In this document: positions 1-10,677 of the stretch, piece by piece
How the letters are laid out: each line of letters opens with the position of its first letter
How positions within the stretch are numbered: position 1 is the first letter of the stretch
Notes under the pieces: generated by a model
Seen by the model: the letters and a program-made list of their open reading frames with translations, nothing else
What the model was told of the DNA's origin: nothing
Databases searched by the model: none
Position numbers and translations under genes: made by a program
DNA from: Pseudomonadota bacterium
GTDB lineage: Bacteria; Bdellovibrionota; Bdellovibrionia; Bdellovibrionales; Bdellovibrionaceae
NCBI GenBank assembly: GCA_041178425.1
Contig: JBEGVH010000010.1
Coordinates: 128,001 to 192,000 of the forward strand
Direction: 5' to 3'
Length of the DNA: 64,000 nucleotides

Positions 1-853
1 GAATTTCCTTTTTATCTTCAGTGATCTGCGGAAACTTAGTGAAGATTTCTTTGTAGTACTCATCGTCTATATCGAGAGTTTCAATTTTGGATCCTTGGAG
101 TTTTTTCAAGGAAGACAAAATGTCATTAGTTGAAAACGCAATGTGCTGAACGCCTGGCCCTTTGTATTCTTCGAGATATTCATTGATTTGCGATTTTTTT
201 TCGGTTCCCTCATTGATAGGAATACAAAAGCTACCACAAGGTGATTTTAATGCGTATGAAGTTAACCCCGTCTTTGCGCCTCTAATATCGAAGTACCGAA
301 CTTCAGTGAAACCAAATACGTTTTTGTAAAAATTCGACCAGTGCTCCATAGTGCCCTGGTATACGTTGTTGGTTAAATGATCGATATTTAAAAATCCTTT
401 TTCTTCATTCATCACTACTGATTCATGGGGTACAAAACCAAGCTTTGAATAAAGACCCGGACTGCTCCATTGATCAATAAAATAAATAAGGCTATCACCA
501 ATTCCAAATATCGCGGGAATTGACTGACCCTTCTCATCAACGAGGTCTCCTTTGGGACAAGGCTTTGCTCCCCGCTCCACAGCAATCTTAAGTGCCTTTT
601 GAGCATCTTCTACCCGCCACCCCATCGAACAAACGCTCGGCCCATGAGACTGCGTAAATTGGGCCGCAAAGGATGAGGCCGCCTTGTTGAGAAAGAAATG
701 AATGTCGTTTTGCTTATAAAAATCAATATTCAATGATTTATGTCGATGTGTTCTTGAGAATCCAAATTCACAAAATAACTGATGAAGTTGTTCCGGCTTT
801 GGAGATGCAAATTCGGTGAATTCTATTCCTTGTAGCCCTACTGGATTGTTCAT
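1..853 (-). CDS. hppD: 4-hydroxyphenylpyruvate dioxygenase (runs off window; C-terminus missing)
   Basis: Manually translated from ATG at 853 (GGGGGG RBS): MNNPVGLQGIEFTEF...HGPSVCSMGWRV...IDHLTNNV...RYFDIRGAKTGLTSYAL...IPINEG..KSQINEYLEEYKGPGVQHIAF. Absent from the ORF track because it lacks a stop in the window. Confidence 0.95.
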   Translation of the reverse strand, partial: MNNPVGLQGIEFTEFASPKPEQLHQLFCEFGFSRTHRHKSLNIDFYKQNDIHFFLNKAASSFAAQFTQSHGPSVCSMGWRVEDAQKALKIAVERGAKPCPKGDLVDEKGQSIPAIFGIGDSLIYFIDQWSSPGLYSKLGFVPHESVVMNEEKGFLNIDHLTNNVYQGTMEHWSNFYKNVFGFTEVRYFDIRGAKTGLTSYALKSPCGSFCIPINEGTEKKSQINEYLEEYKGPGVQHIAFSTNDILSSLKKLQGSKIETLDIDDEYYKEIFTKFPQITEDKKEI

Positions 854-874
854 AAATGTCCCCCCATTAAAACT

Positions 875-899
875 GAACGGAACCTTTTGGGTTCCGTTC
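875..899 (-). terminator. 10-bp perfect hairpin between murD and hppD (terminator-like)
   Basis: GAACGGAACC-TTTTG-GGTTCCGTTC, followed on the minus strand by AGTTTT. Confidence 0.55.
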
Positions 900-910
900 T
901 TCGAATTGGA

Positions 911-2299
911 TTATTTGAATTTATTTATAATTTCTCTAAAGTAATCGCCGCGCTCTTCGAAGTTGTCAAACATGTCGGTACTTGGGCAACCTGGCGAGAG
1001 CAATACAACGTCGTTGATTCGAGACTTTTGGTAGGCAATGAGTACCGCTTCTTCAAAGGTACCTATAAGGAAGGTTTCGCTGAAGTCGCCAATATCCCTA
1101 TTGACTCTTTCTTTTGATTCACCGACGAGAATAAGACTTTTCACTTTTCTCTTCACTGGCCCTTTGAGCGCCTCAAAGCTAAGATTTGAGTCTTTACCAC
1201 CCATTATCAAAATCACATTTTCGTTGAAGGAATCTAGAGCTCTCAAAACGGCATGAACGTTCGTTGCTTTGGAGTCATTGTAAAAGCGAACGCCTCCCAC
1301 CTTACGAACATACTCCAGTCGGTGAGGCAATCCACCGAAGCTATCCATGACTCTTTGAATAGCGTCGTGGTTAGCTCCATGCTCTCTGGCCACCAGAATA
1401 GCCGCCATCATATTTTCGATGGAATGCTTTCCAAGCATTTTAATGTTTTTAGAATTGTAATACTCAATCTCGGGCCCGGTACGAACTCTAATTTCATCAC
1501 CAACATTCACTGCACCACCAATGTTCATGATTTGAGGCTCGAGTGAAGTTTTTCTAGAAAAATAAAAAATTCGACCCTTCTGAACAATTGGATCACGAGC
1601 CAACTCAACGACAGCATTATCATCGGCATTTAGAATACTGGTTGTTGCCTGGTTGGTGTTGCGGAACACTTTTCTCTTAGCGTTCACATAGTCTTCCATG
1701 CTCTTGTAACGATCGAGATGATTCTCCGCCAAATTAGTAAAAACAATGTTGGATGGACCAAAATTTTCAACTTTTTCAAGCATGTAACTTGACACTTCGG
1801 CAATTACTACCTTTGCTTTAATGCCAGAGCGAAGATATTCGGTGAGAGGCAGGAAGTTGTTTCCCCCAACCCATACTTCGATGCCGGATTCCTTCAAAAA
1901 GCCATCGATCAAACGAGCGACAGATGTTTTACCATTGGTCCCAGTCACGGCCACGATTGGCTCTTTAATGAACTGGCTGACAAATTCTAACTCGTTCGTG
2001 ATTTTAATACCGTGAGCCGTTGCATAATCAAAGATCTTTAAGTTCGATGGAACTCCCGGACTTAAAACGACAAGGTCTTGAGCTAGAAAAGTCTTTGGAC
2101 TGTGGCCACCGAGATCGAGCTTAACACCCAATCCTTCAACCTGCTCAACCGTTCCGGCCAACTCGGGCTTACTCTTATGATCGCTGATAGTTACTTGCGC
2201 GCCATTTTCAACCAAAAATTTCGTTAATGAAACGCCCGTTTTCCCAAGGCCGACGACTAGGACTCGCTTGTCCTTTAGTTCCGAAAGCTCTTTAAACAT
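911..2299 (-). CDS. murD: UDP-N-acetylmuramoyl-L-alanine--D-glutamate ligase
   Basis: VVGLGKTG, LSPGVP, AVTGTNGKTS, EVSSY, HLDRY, PHRLE, NDSKATN, GGKD, LLSPGCPSTDMFDNFEERG; follows mraY. Confidence 0.97.
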   Translation of the reverse strand: MFKELSELKDKRVLVVGLGKTGVSLTKFLVENGAQVTISDHKSKPELAGTVEQVEGLGVKLDLGGHSPKTFLAQDLVVLSPGVPSNLKIFDYATAHGIKITNELEFVSQFIKEPIVAVTGTNGKTSVARLIDGFLKESGIEVWVGGNNFLPLTEYLRSGIKAKVVIAEVSSYMLEKVENFGPSNIVFTNLAENHLDRYKSMEDYVNAKRKVFRNTNQATTSILNADDNAVVELARDPIVQKGRIFYFSRKTSLEPQIMNIGGAVNVGDEIRVRTGPEIEYYNSKNIKMLGKHSIENMMAAILVAREHGANHDAIQRVMDSFGGLPHRLEYVRKVGGVRFYNDSKATNVHAVLRALDSFNENVILIMGGKDSNLSFEALKGPVKRKVKSLILVGESKERVNRDIGDFSETFLIGTFEEAVLIAYQKSRINDVVLLSPGCPSTDMFDNFEERGDYFREIINKFK

Positions 2300-2332
2300 T
2301 TTAGCCCCCTAATTTAGGTATTTAATAAAATC

Positions 2333-3409
2333 TTATCTTAACTTTAAAGTCGCCAAACTCAGTACTGCTAACAAAATAGAAATGATCCAGAAGCGTACAA
2401 TGATTTTAGTCTCATCGAGTCCCTTTAATTCAAAATGGTGATGAATGGGAGCCATTTTGAAAATTCTCTTACCTGTCGTTTTAAAAGAAATAACTTGGGT
2501 AATAACAGAGAGGGCTTCAACAACAAACACGCCACCCAAAATCAGCATTAAGATTTCATTTTGAGTTATGACGGCCATAATTCCCAAAAACCCACCCAAA
2601 CTTAAGCTGCCCACGTCGCCCATGAAGACTTGCGCCGGATAAGTGTTAAACCAAAGAAAACCAAGACCCGCAGCCACAATTGTAGCCGCCACAGGAGTTA
2701 GCTCCCCAGCGCCGGCAACAAAGGGAATCTGAAGATACTGAGCGATCTGAATATGTCCAGAAACATATGCAAACAATGCGAGGGTGGCAGCGCAAATAAT
2801 AACGGGAACAATCGCCAAACCATCTAAACCATCGGTCAAGTTGACGGCATTTGCTGTTCCAACAATGACCAAAGAAGCAAAAACGACATAGGCTGGCCCC
2901 AGATCAAAAACAAAATCTTTGAAGAAAGGCACTCTCAGTGTTGTCGCTAAATTTGAGTGATAAATCAAAAAAGCGACGACCGCCCCCGAAATTAAAAATT
3001 CGCCGACCAAGCGGATTTTTCCTGATAGTCCCTTGGTATTCTTTTTACTCACCTTCAGATAATCATCAATGTAACCGATGGCACCGAACCCCCAAGTAAC
3101 TAATAAGGTTCCCCAGACAAAGGGATCCATAACATTGGCCCACAACAAACAAGGAACAAGAGTACTCATGAGGATGAGTCCGCCCCCCATCGTTGGGGTG
3201 CCCTGTTTTTTCTTGTGGCTTTGTGGCCCATCATCCCTAATTTGCTGCTTCAGTTGATTGCCGGTAAGACGTCGAATGAAGTGAGGCCCCCAAATCCAGC
3301 ATAAAATGAAGGCGGTAAAAAATGAGATGAATGTTCGGAAAGTTATGTAACGAAAAATATTTAAAGGGGAAAACTCACTCGCGTGGGAATAAAGCCATTG
3401 GTAAAGCAT
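2333..3409 (-). CDS. mraY: phospho-N-acetylmuramoyl-pentapeptide transferase
   Basis: [45 protein letters not shown]; multi-TM. Confidence 0.98.
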   Translation of the reverse strand: MLYQWLYSHASEFSPLNIFRYITFRTFISFFTAFILCWIWGPHFIRRLTGNQLKQQIRDDGPQSHKKKQGTPTMGGGLILMSTLVPCLLWANVMDPFVWGTLLVTWGFGAIGYIDDYLKVSKKNTKGLSGKIRLVGEFLISGAVVAFLIYHSNLATTLRVPFFKDFVFDLGPAYVVFASLVIVGTANAVNLTDGLDGLAIVPVIICAATLALFAYVSGHIQIAQYLQIPFVAGAGELTPVAATIVAAGLGFLWFNTYPAQVFMGDVGSLSLGGFLGIMAVITQNEILMLILGGVFVVEALSVITQVISFKTTGKRIFKMAPIHHHFELKGLDETKIIVRFWIISILLAVLSLATLKLR

Positions 3410-3582
3410 TTTATTTCGTCTTTCGCTATGTCGTTCGAAGTTTTAAGTTTGTGTTCCACGATTTCTTATGGAAATATCACAGGTTATAATAAAATGTCTA
3501 GCTTAAACTTATAAGCTATTGAATTTGTTGATTTTTTAGATTAAATGATGGCCATCGAAATACTCACCGCGGAGCTCATTGT

Positions 3583-6459
3583 ATGAAAAAACTTTCGTTC
3601 CTTCTTTTAGCCTCACCACTTCTCACCGCCTTCTTCTGGCAAACAAGCCCTGGAGGCGACAAAAGCGATGGCCAAAAAGTTGTTCCAAATGCACTGATTT
3701 CACAAGCTCGCCAATTGACTTTTGAGGGCACTCGCTCTGGAGAGGGCTATTTTAACAAAGATGGCACAGAGCTCATTTTTCAGAGCGAACGCTATAAGAA
3801 CAACCCCTTTTACCAGATTTATAAAATGAATCTTAAGACGGGAAAAACTGACTTGATTTCGACGGGTAAAGGCCAAACAACGTGCGCCTGGATTCACCCC
3901 AGCGGAAAAAAGGTTCTTTTTAGCTCCACTCATCTTGACCCAAAATTTGATGACAAAGTGAAGGCTGAGTTTGCTCTCCGAAAACAACCAACCCAAAAAT
4001 ACTCTTGGAGTTTTGACGAAAATTACGACATCTTCGAAAAGGACCTCGGGTCAGGTCAACTCAAAAAAATAACCACAGCCAAAGGTTACGATGCAGAAGG
4101 AGCTTACTCTCCTGATGGCCAATGGATTGTTTTTGCCTCGAATCGCGCCGGCTACAAAAAAGGCGAACTCTCCGAAGACAGTAAAAAGAGATTCGAAGCA
4201 GATCCATCTTATTTGATGGATATTTATATTATGAAGTCAGATGGGTCGAATCTAAAACAACTAACAAACCACCTTGGTTACGATGGAGGCCCCTTCTTTA
4301 GTCACGATGGCAAGAAGATCACTTGGCGTCGCTTCACCCCAGACGGTAGAAGCGCAGAAATTTACTCCATGAACATAGATGGCAGTGATCAGAAAGCCCT
4401 GACACGCATGAACGTAATGTCTTGGGCTCCGTTTTTTCACCCCTCTGGACAATATGTGATTTTCACAACCAATCTTCTCGGTTTCCAAAACTTCGAGTTG
4501 TACATCGTTGATGCCGAAGGAAAGCAAGAACCCGTGAGAGTCACCTATGAGGAGGGATTCGACGGACTTCCTGTTTTTTCACCCGATGGAAGATCATTGG
4601 CATGGACGAAACGAAACAACAAAGGAGAGTCGCAAATTTACATGGCTAATTGGGATCATGCTGCTGCCATGCGAGCTCTCAATTTAGACCCAGAGCCGCT
4701 TTCTTCTGTTGAACTAAAGCCTGAAATTTCAATCGATGACCTTAAGGTCAACGTTAATTACCTTGCTTCAAAAGCAATGCAAGGTCGCCTCACGGGTAGC
4801 CCACAGGAAAAAGCCTACTCTGATGAAGTGGCAAAACTTTTCAAAAAATGGGGCCTCAAGTCTGCGCCCAACACAAAGAACTTTATAAACAAGTTTGATT
4901 TTCTCTCAAACGTTACGTTAGGAGAAAAAAATGAGCTCACACTCAATAATAGAAAGCTCGAACTCGGCAAAGACTGGAACCCGGTTTCCTTCTCTCAATC
5001 GGGAGACTTTAAGTCAGCACCGGTGGTTTTTGCTGGCTATGGAATGGTAGCCCCCGCCACCGAAAAGTTCGCCGAATACAACTCTTACAAAGGAATCGAT
5101 GTTAGAGGCAAATGGGCACTTGTTTTTAGAGACATTCCTAACGATGTTGCCGGCGAATTTCGCTACCATCTTAACTTTTATTCGCGCATCCAGCATAAGG
5201 TGACAGTCGCCAAAAATCTTGGTGCATTGGGACTGATTGTCGTATCGGGGCCAAGAGTGGCCTATAAACAAAAATTGCCTACTTTTCAATTTGAGGGCTC
5301 ACTCAGTGACTCGAGCCTTCCGGTGGTAAACATCGATGATAAGGTGGCCGAGGAGATCCTCAGCAAATCTGATCGCTCATTAGAAAAACTACAAAAAGCA
5401 CTCGATGACGGTAGCTTCCAAGAAGGCTTTGACCTAGAGAATTCGACACTTTCTGCTATTGTTGACCTCCACCCAGTGAGAAGCGTGGGTCACAATGTGA
5501 TTGCTATGCTTTCTGTGCCTGGCGCAAAACAGACCGTAGTTGTTGGCGGCCACGGCGATCATTTAGGTCTGGGTATAGCTGGCGTTTCCCTCGCTACCAG
5601 TGCAATGACCGATAAAATTCATTATGGCGCGGATGACAATGCAAGTGGTGTTTCGGCAGTTTTGGAATTAGCCCATTACTTTGCTCGTAACCCGCAAGGT
5701 TTAAAAACAAATTTGGTTTTTGCCGTTTGGTCAGGAGAGGAATTAGGAAACCTAGGCTCTAAAAATTATTTGCAAGGGCTCAAAAAAATTAAGTCTAATA
5801 ATCCCAAAATTAAGGCCTACCTGAATCTCGATATGGTGGGAAGACTTAAAGACTCTCTCTACGTGCAGGGGCTGGGTTCTAGTACGGAGTGGAGAAAAAC
5901 AATTGAAGCTCTTGGGCGACAGCACCGAATAAGCATAGTCGCGCAAGACGACCCCTATCTTCCTACCGATGCCATGAGTTTTTATGTTGAAGAAAAGGTT
6001 CCGGTGTTGAGCTTATTTACAGGTTCCCACCTTGAGTATCACACACCGCTCGATACGGTAGATAAAATTAATTTCGAGGGCCTTCACCTCATTACGGGCT
6101 TAGCAAAAGATGCGGTGATGCAAGCCTCTACAAAAAATATCGCCTACCGTGCAGTGGAGAGCAATCACAACACTATGCCTGGAAGAAAGTTTAGAGTCTA
6201 TTTGGGGACGATTCCCGACTATTCACAAGAGGGAGTTAAAGGAGTTCGTATTTCGGGAACTTCAGAGAAGAGTCCTGCTGAAAAGGCTGGCCTCAAGGCC
6301 CAAGACATTATTGTTGAATTAGCTGGCCAAAAAATTGAAAATCTTTATGACTTTACCTACGCTCTTCAGATGGTTAAACCAGGGGCTGAGGTGCGCATCA
6401 AGGTGATGCGCAATCAAAATGCTGTAGATCTAAAAATTACTCCAGCAATAAAAGAATAA
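3583..6459 (+). CDS. exported M28 family peptidase with TolB-like (PD40) beta-propeller, PA domain and C-terminal PDZ
   Basis: Signal peptide; YDAEGAYSPDG / YDGGPFFSHDG repeats; VVFAGYG PA domain; GGHGDHLG, GADDNASG, WSGEELG, NLDMVGR, YHTPLD; LGTIPDY...SPAEKAGLKAQDIIV. Confidence 0.92.
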   Translation: MKKLSFLLLASPLLTAFFWQTSPGGDKSDGQKVVPNALISQARQLTFEGTRSGEGYFNKDGTELIFQSERYKNNPFYQIYKMNLKTGKTDLISTGKGQTTCAWIHPSGKKVLFSSTHLDPKFDDKVKAEFALRKQPTQKYSWSFDENYDIFEKDLGSGQLKKITTAKGYDAEGAYSPDGQWIVFASNRAGYKKGELSEDSKKRFEADPSYLMDIYIMKSDGSNLKQLTNHLGYDGGPFFSHDGKKITWRRFTPDGRSAEIYSMNIDGSDQKALTRMNVMSWAPFFHPSGQYVIFTTNLLGFQNFELYIVDAEGKQEPVRVTYEEGFDGLPVFSPDGRSLAWTKRNNKGESQIYMANWDHAAAMRALNLDPEPLSSVELKPEISIDDLKVNVNYLASKAMQGRLTGSPQEKAYSDEVAKLFKKWGLKSAPNTKNFINKFDFLSNVTLGEKNELTLNNRKLELGKDWNPVSFSQSGDFKSAPVVFAGYGMVAPATEKFAEYNSYKGIDVRGKWALVFRDIPNDVAGEFRYHLNFYSRIQHKVTVAKNLGALGLIVVSGPRVAYKQKLPTFQFEGSLSDSSLPVVNIDDKVAEEILSKSDRSLEKLQKALDDGSFQEGFDLENSTLSAIVDLHPVRSVGHNVIAMLSVPGAKQTVVVGGHGDHLGLGIAGVSLATSAMTDKIHYGADDNASGVSAVLELAHYFARNPQGLKTNLVFAVWSGEELGNLGSKNYLQGLKKIKSNNPKIKAYLNLDMVGRLKDSLYVQGLGSSTEWRKTIEALGRQHRISIVAQDDPYLPTDAMSFYVEEKVPVLSLFTGSHLEYHTPLDTVDKINFEGLHLITGLAKDAVMQASTKNIAYRAVESNHNTMPGRKFRVYLGTIPDYSQEGVKGVRISGTSEKSPAEKAGLKAQDIIVELAGQKIENLYDFTYALQMVKPGAEVRIKVMRNQNAVDLKITPAIKE

Positions 6460-6512
6460 CCTGATTCAAATACAATTATAATTTTGTGGCCAAGGACGGC
6501 CCTTCTATAAAA

Positions 6513-7496
6513 TCAATTGAGAAGCAGGGCTGATGTAAAAGTTTGGCCTGGCTTGATCGCAACCCCATCAGAAACTACAACCTCTTTTAAAAGACAATCT
6601 CGCGAAATCATAGCTAGAGGACCGGCAACGAGCCAGCCCTCAATCTGAGCTTCATTAGAGATCTGAGCCGATTGGTGCTTCAAAACAAGTGTTTTTCCAC
6701 GGGTCTCAAAATCCATCAAAAGCGATAACTCTCGATTCATTTGCAATAAAAAAGGATTTTGATCTCTGAATAGGCCGAGAACCGATTCGGTCGCCTTTAG
6801 ATAGTCTTCGAGGTTTCCGGTTTCAAACCAATCACACTCTATCTCAAAAATTCCTATGTCCTCACCCTCAGCGATGGCGGATTTTAACGTGTCATGAAGA
6901 ATATTAGATGGCTCCGTATCGATGCGATCGAAAATTCTATCATGAAAGTACATGGGACCTATAAAATGATAGGGGGTGAGATCTTCGTTTGTTTCTGGTC
7001 GAACCTTACCAAACCCAAAAACCTTGCCTACTTTATTGGCCCAAACAGCACCAAACTTTCTGCCGGCTTCTGGATGCCTCATCACCATTAGAGTTGAAAG
7101 ACGAGAACTCTCCTTGGCGACCATATAAAACTGTTTCATGATATCGGCTTTTTGAGGAATGATGACTTCATCGGCATTGAGCGCAATAAAACCTCCTCGA
7201 CCACATAAATCGTTTTTTGCTTTCGCCATCCCGCCGGCACTGCCCAGGAGTCGATCTTTTTCGTCAGAAAATTTTACCTCAACACCAAAGGACCTAAGCT
7301 TATTTCCAACATCATGAATTTTATCGGGAAGATGATAGGTGTTTACAACAACACGGTCAGGAGCAAGACACTTCGCTAAATAAAAAGAGTAATATATTAG
7401 CGGGGCCCCACAAAAGGGAATGGCAGGCTTCGGTAAAATCTCAGTGTGCGGACGGAAGCGAGTTCCCTCTCCAGCCGCCAACAAAAAGAGATTCAT
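6513..7496 (-). CDS. murU: nucleotidyltransferase, MurU-like (MurNAc-1-P uridylyltransferase family)
   Basis: LLAAGEGTRFRPHTEILPKP, VVNTYHL, LGSAGG; stop/start overlap with amgK-like kinase. Confidence 0.75.
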   Translation of the reverse strand: MNLFLLAAGEGTRFRPHTEILPKPAIPFCGAPLIYYSFYLAKCLAPDRVVVNTYHLPDKIHDVGNKLRSFGVEVKFSDEKDRLLGSAGGMAKAKNDLCGRGGFIALNADEVIIPQKADIMKQFYMVAKESSRLSTLMVMRHPEAGRKFGAVWANKVGKVFGFGKVRPETNEDLTPYHFIGPMYFHDRIFDRIDTEPSNILHDTLKSAIAEGEDIGIFEIECDWFETGNLEDYLKATESVLGLFRDQNPFLLQMNRELSLLMDFETRGKTLVLKHQSAQISNEAQIEGWLVAGPLAMISRDCLLKEVVVSDGVAIKPGQTFTSALLLN

Positions 7497-8506
7497 GTTT
7501 TCTCCTCAGTCCAATCATAGGCGCCCGAATTCGAAAGCGCCTTAGCGAGGTTAGGAAATTCATTGGTCAATTCCATTCCCTTTTTTACCCTCTTCATAGT
7601 TCCACTAATGTATTTCAGATAACGTTTGTCTTTGCGAAGCATCCAAAAGCTAGAAAAGCTTCCAACAGCCTTGAGTAGTCTTTGAAGGGACTGAATCTCG
7701 TAGAGAAATTCAAACTCATTGGTGTTCCACTCCTGGTTAAAATCGGCTTTTGCGCGATAAAGATAATACTCTAATAGTTCTTTTTCGAGAGTCTCTGGAA
7801 CTGGCACGTAAGCATCGCGGAGAAGCGAAACAAGATCATACTGAACCAACCCTAATCGAGCATCTTGAAAGTCAATCACTCTAATCTTATTATCTGTCAC
7901 CATGATGTTGCGAGAATGATAATCACGATGCTGAATGTATTTATTTTTTTGCTGAAGCAAAGTTGTAAGCTTAATGAATTCCTGATCGAGCTCGCGCCCC
8001 AAGTCTTTAAACCCCAGCACTCCTTCTAAAAAGTGCTGTTTCATGAAATTTAGCTCCCAGCTCAACTTTTCTACGTCAAACTCGTAATTAAAAGCAATAC
8101 AAGGTGATCGATCCTTGGTGGCCATAAGGTGAATTTTAAGGAGTTCGTCTAAAGACATACGGTAAAAACCCAAAACCCCATATGGGTTTCTGGTTTTATA
8201 AAACTCTTGCTCCAGTGTCACATCACCGAGATCTTCATAAATGATGACCCCATGCTCACCAGAGAACGCAACAACCTCTGGAACAAGTACGTTATGTTTT
8301 TTAAAATGCTTCTGCACGCTGAGTAGTGAGTAGTTTTCTGGATCGTAAGGCTCCCACTCCATCAGAACCCAAGAGTTAGTGCCAGACACAATCCGTGAGT
8401 ATCGACGTGAAGAGGCATCTCCCACCAAGGGAATGACCTGAAATTCACGATTCGCCAGATGGCTGGCGAGCAATTCAGTAATATAGTTTTTGAGCTCTTG
8501 CTTCAT
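7493..8506 (-). CDS. amgK: AmgK-like anomeric MurNAc/GlcNAc kinase (aminoglycoside phosphotransferase fold)
   Basis: GDASSRRYSR, EDLGD, HRDYHSRNIM, IDFQDARLG, YDLVSLLRD, QRLLKAVGSF. Confidence 0.85.
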   Translation of the reverse strand: MKQELKNYITELLASHLANREFQVIPLVGDASSRRYSRIVSGTNSWVLMEWEPYDPENYSLLSVQKHFKKHNVLVPEVVAFSGEHGVIIYEDLGDVTLEQEFYKTRNPYGVLGFYRMSLDELLKIHLMATKDRSPCIAFNYEFDVEKLSWELNFMKQHFLEGVLGFKDLGRELDQEFIKLTTLLQQKNKYIQHRDYHSRNIMVTDNKIRVIDFQDARLGLVQYDLVSLLRDAYVPVPETLEKELLEYYLYRAKADFNQEWNTNEFEFLYEIQSLQRLLKAVGSFSSFWMLRKDKRYLKYISGTMKRVKKGMELTNEFPNLAKALSNSGAYDWTEEKT

Positions 8507-8540
8507 GATCTCCCACCCCCCAGTTTTCAGTTAAACAAAT

Positions 8541-9320
8541 TCACACGAGAATTTGTTCAACCGAACTCGGACGATTTTCGTCTTCCACAAGCATCTCTAA
8601 TACTTCTTTTAAGCGCAAGTAATCCTTTGGTAATTGTTCGGTGAAAATAGAAGTTTCTGAAAAAATAGCTGCGAATTCAGGCGCTACCATTTTTTCCTCG
8701 GCGTAATGAGCTAAAGTTTGAACACTACCTACTATCAAATGAGGCCTAAGTGCGGCCGGCAATTTCCTGAGTGTTAAGAGTTGTTGTTGCTCTTGGGGGG
8801 AGAGCTCAAGGATATCGCGAACATAAATGCAAATGTTTGATAGATCTTCCATATCATCCGTGTTCCAGTGGGCGATCCCAGAATCCGTCCACGGAACAAA
8901 AGACCACGCTCCAATAACCTCATGAATGGTTGATGCAATTTTCTGGCGAATCTCATTGCCGCCACCAACTAGATTAAAAGATCGCTTTGCAGGAAGCTGC
9001 CTTTCTTCTGACTCCATTCTGTTTAGTGATTCGCTGGCGTCTAAAAGAGCCGAACCCACTTTACTAAACATTTTCTGTATGGATTCGCGATCTTCCACCG
9101 GCAGCGAACCACCCTCTTTTACTTTAATAGCTCCCAAGAAGTGCTCGCCGGCTAAAAGCGGCAAAATGAGATCCCCGATGGATGTGACAATATATTCTTT
9201 TCCAAAATCATTAACATTCATCGCAGGCGAAAAAGCGATATATCGGTGGTATCTCTTTTCGATAAGACGGCTAAAGGCACTCCAAACACGATGATTAAAC
9301 TGATCCCGAACTGTCTTCAC
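8541..9320 (-). CDS. degenerate sigma54-activator-like AAA+ protein with GAF-like fragment (likely ATPase-dead)
   Basis: Aligns by eye with bEBP motifs (see findings). Start placed at GTG 9320, 6 nt after GGGAG; ORF track uses TTG 9326. Confidence 0.6.
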   Translation of the reverse strand: MKTVRDQFNHRVWSAFSRLIEKRYHRYIAFSPAMNVNDFGKEYIVTSIGDLILPLLAGEHFLGAIKVKEGGSLPVEDRESIQKMFSKVGSALLDASESLNRMESEERQLPAKRSFNLVGGGNEIRQKIASTIHEVIGAWSFVPWTDSGIAHWNTDDMEDLSNICIYVRDILELSPQEQQQLLTLRKLPAALRPHLIVGSVQTLAHYAEEKMVAPEFAAIFSETSIFTEQLPKDYLRLKEVLEMLVEDENRPSSVEQILV

Positions 9321-9641
9321 TCTCAACTCCCAAAATACAAATAACGAACAAGGTTAAGGCCTGCTTTTGTGGCAGGCTGGGTCGACTTCTGTTGGTTGGC
9401 GAAGAATACAAGGTCTGTGCCATAATATCCCCCCATCATCCTCTGCCTAAGTTCATTTCATTCGATTTGACGACCTCTAAGTCCAAAATAGACCGCCAAT
9501 TTCGTCTCTGTCTTAAACTTACTCAGTTTAGTGAGCCTCTTGAGCTTGGAGGGGATACATAAGCCAGACAGTATCTTTTGGTTTGCCTATTCAACCCGGC
9601 AACCAGTAGCCTTAAAGAAGTTCGAGAAAGGAGTTCTCATT

Positions 9642-10613
9642 ATGTCGACGAAACCTAAACTCAGTGATTTTGAAGTCATCGATTTTCACCTCCATGTTTA
9701 CCCACGGTTACCTTGGCCAACGAGTGTTAACCCCCTGAGACAACAAATCAATCAATGGCTAAAACCAGTCTCCCGAGTACAACAACAAGCTCAAACACTT
9801 TTGCGCCTTATGCCTAAAAAATTGCGACCAATCGCCGATGAACTTGGCATACCCATGATTATTCCTCATCTTTTAGTAGAGTCAGATGTTTTTGACCTTG
9901 AGAACGAAATGCACCGAGAACGAGTTTCGAAGGCCATTGTGGTTCCACATCCCCCACTCATTAGTAATGATTTTGTTCTTTATGAATCAAAGCGCATTGG
10001 GGGCCTCATTCCTGCGGCATTTATTGATCCTGCAACGATGAAATCAGGGTCTGATCTACAGGCTTTTTATAATCGCGGCGTGCGCATTTTTAAGATCAAC
10101 CCTCTCCAATCAGGAGTTCCCACCGAGGCTCCTTTTTATAAGGAATTCCTCTCATTTTTAAATTCAAAAAAAGCTATTTTACTTCTCCACACCGGGGCTA
10201 TTGGATCACACCTCTTTAAATTACCTAAAGCTGGTGACATAAAAGAATATGAGTCGTGGTTTCAGAACTACCCCGATATTAAATTTGTTGCGGCTCACAT
10301 GAACTTCCACGAGCCCAAAACAGCTATTCGTATGGCCCAAAAATACAATAATCTTTATTTACTCACTTCGTGGCAACCGGCTAGTGTTCTTAAGCAAGCC
10401 ATTCGCGCCGTAGGCGTCGAAAAGATCTTATTTGCTTCAGACTGGCCTCTTCTTGGAGAAAACATCCGCATTCAAAAAGAACGCCTATGGTCTCTTTTTG
10501 AAAAGGGTGATCTCAATGAAGAGGACCTGACGGCCATTTTCTCTGGCAATGCCAAAACCCTTTTGGCTGAACCTACGGAAAAGGTCTCCCCTTCAACCGA
10601 GGCCAATCCCTAA
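9642..10613 (+). CDS. amidohydrolase family protein (Amidohydro_2-like)
   Basis: IDFHLH, KINP, LLHTG, VAAHM, KILFASDWP, IFSGNA. ATG 9642 follows an AAGGAG RBS. Confidence 0.85.
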   Translation: MSTKPKLSDFEVIDFHLHVYPRLPWPTSVNPLRQQINQWLKPVSRVQQQAQTLLRLMPKKLRPIADELGIPMIIPHLLVESDVFDLENEMHRERVSKAIVVPHPPLISNDFVLYESKRIGGLIPAAFIDPATMKSGSDLQAFYNRGVRIFKINPLQSGVPTEAPFYKEFLSFLNSKKAILLLHTGAIGSHLFKLPKAGDIKEYESWFQNYPDIKFVAAHMNFHEPKTAIRMAQKYNNLYLLTSWQPASVLKQAIRAVGVEKILFASDWPLLGENIRIQKERLWSLFEKGDLNEEDLTAIFSGNAKTLLAEPTEKVSPSTEANP

Positions 10614-10677
10614 AACACTTACCTTTGCCTCCCAAATTCTGATTGTACTCGGTGTCGAGATGTTATAGACCCGTGAA

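Noticed and set aside
9295..9423. 42-codon ORF (MAQTLYSSP...) with a GGGGGG RBS overlapping the start of the pseudo-bEBP gene in another frame; possible frameshifted N-terminus or leader peptide
   Set aside because: The downstream gene has its own GGGAG-N6-GTG start and the peptide has no recognisable features. Cannot be supported without orthologues or reads.
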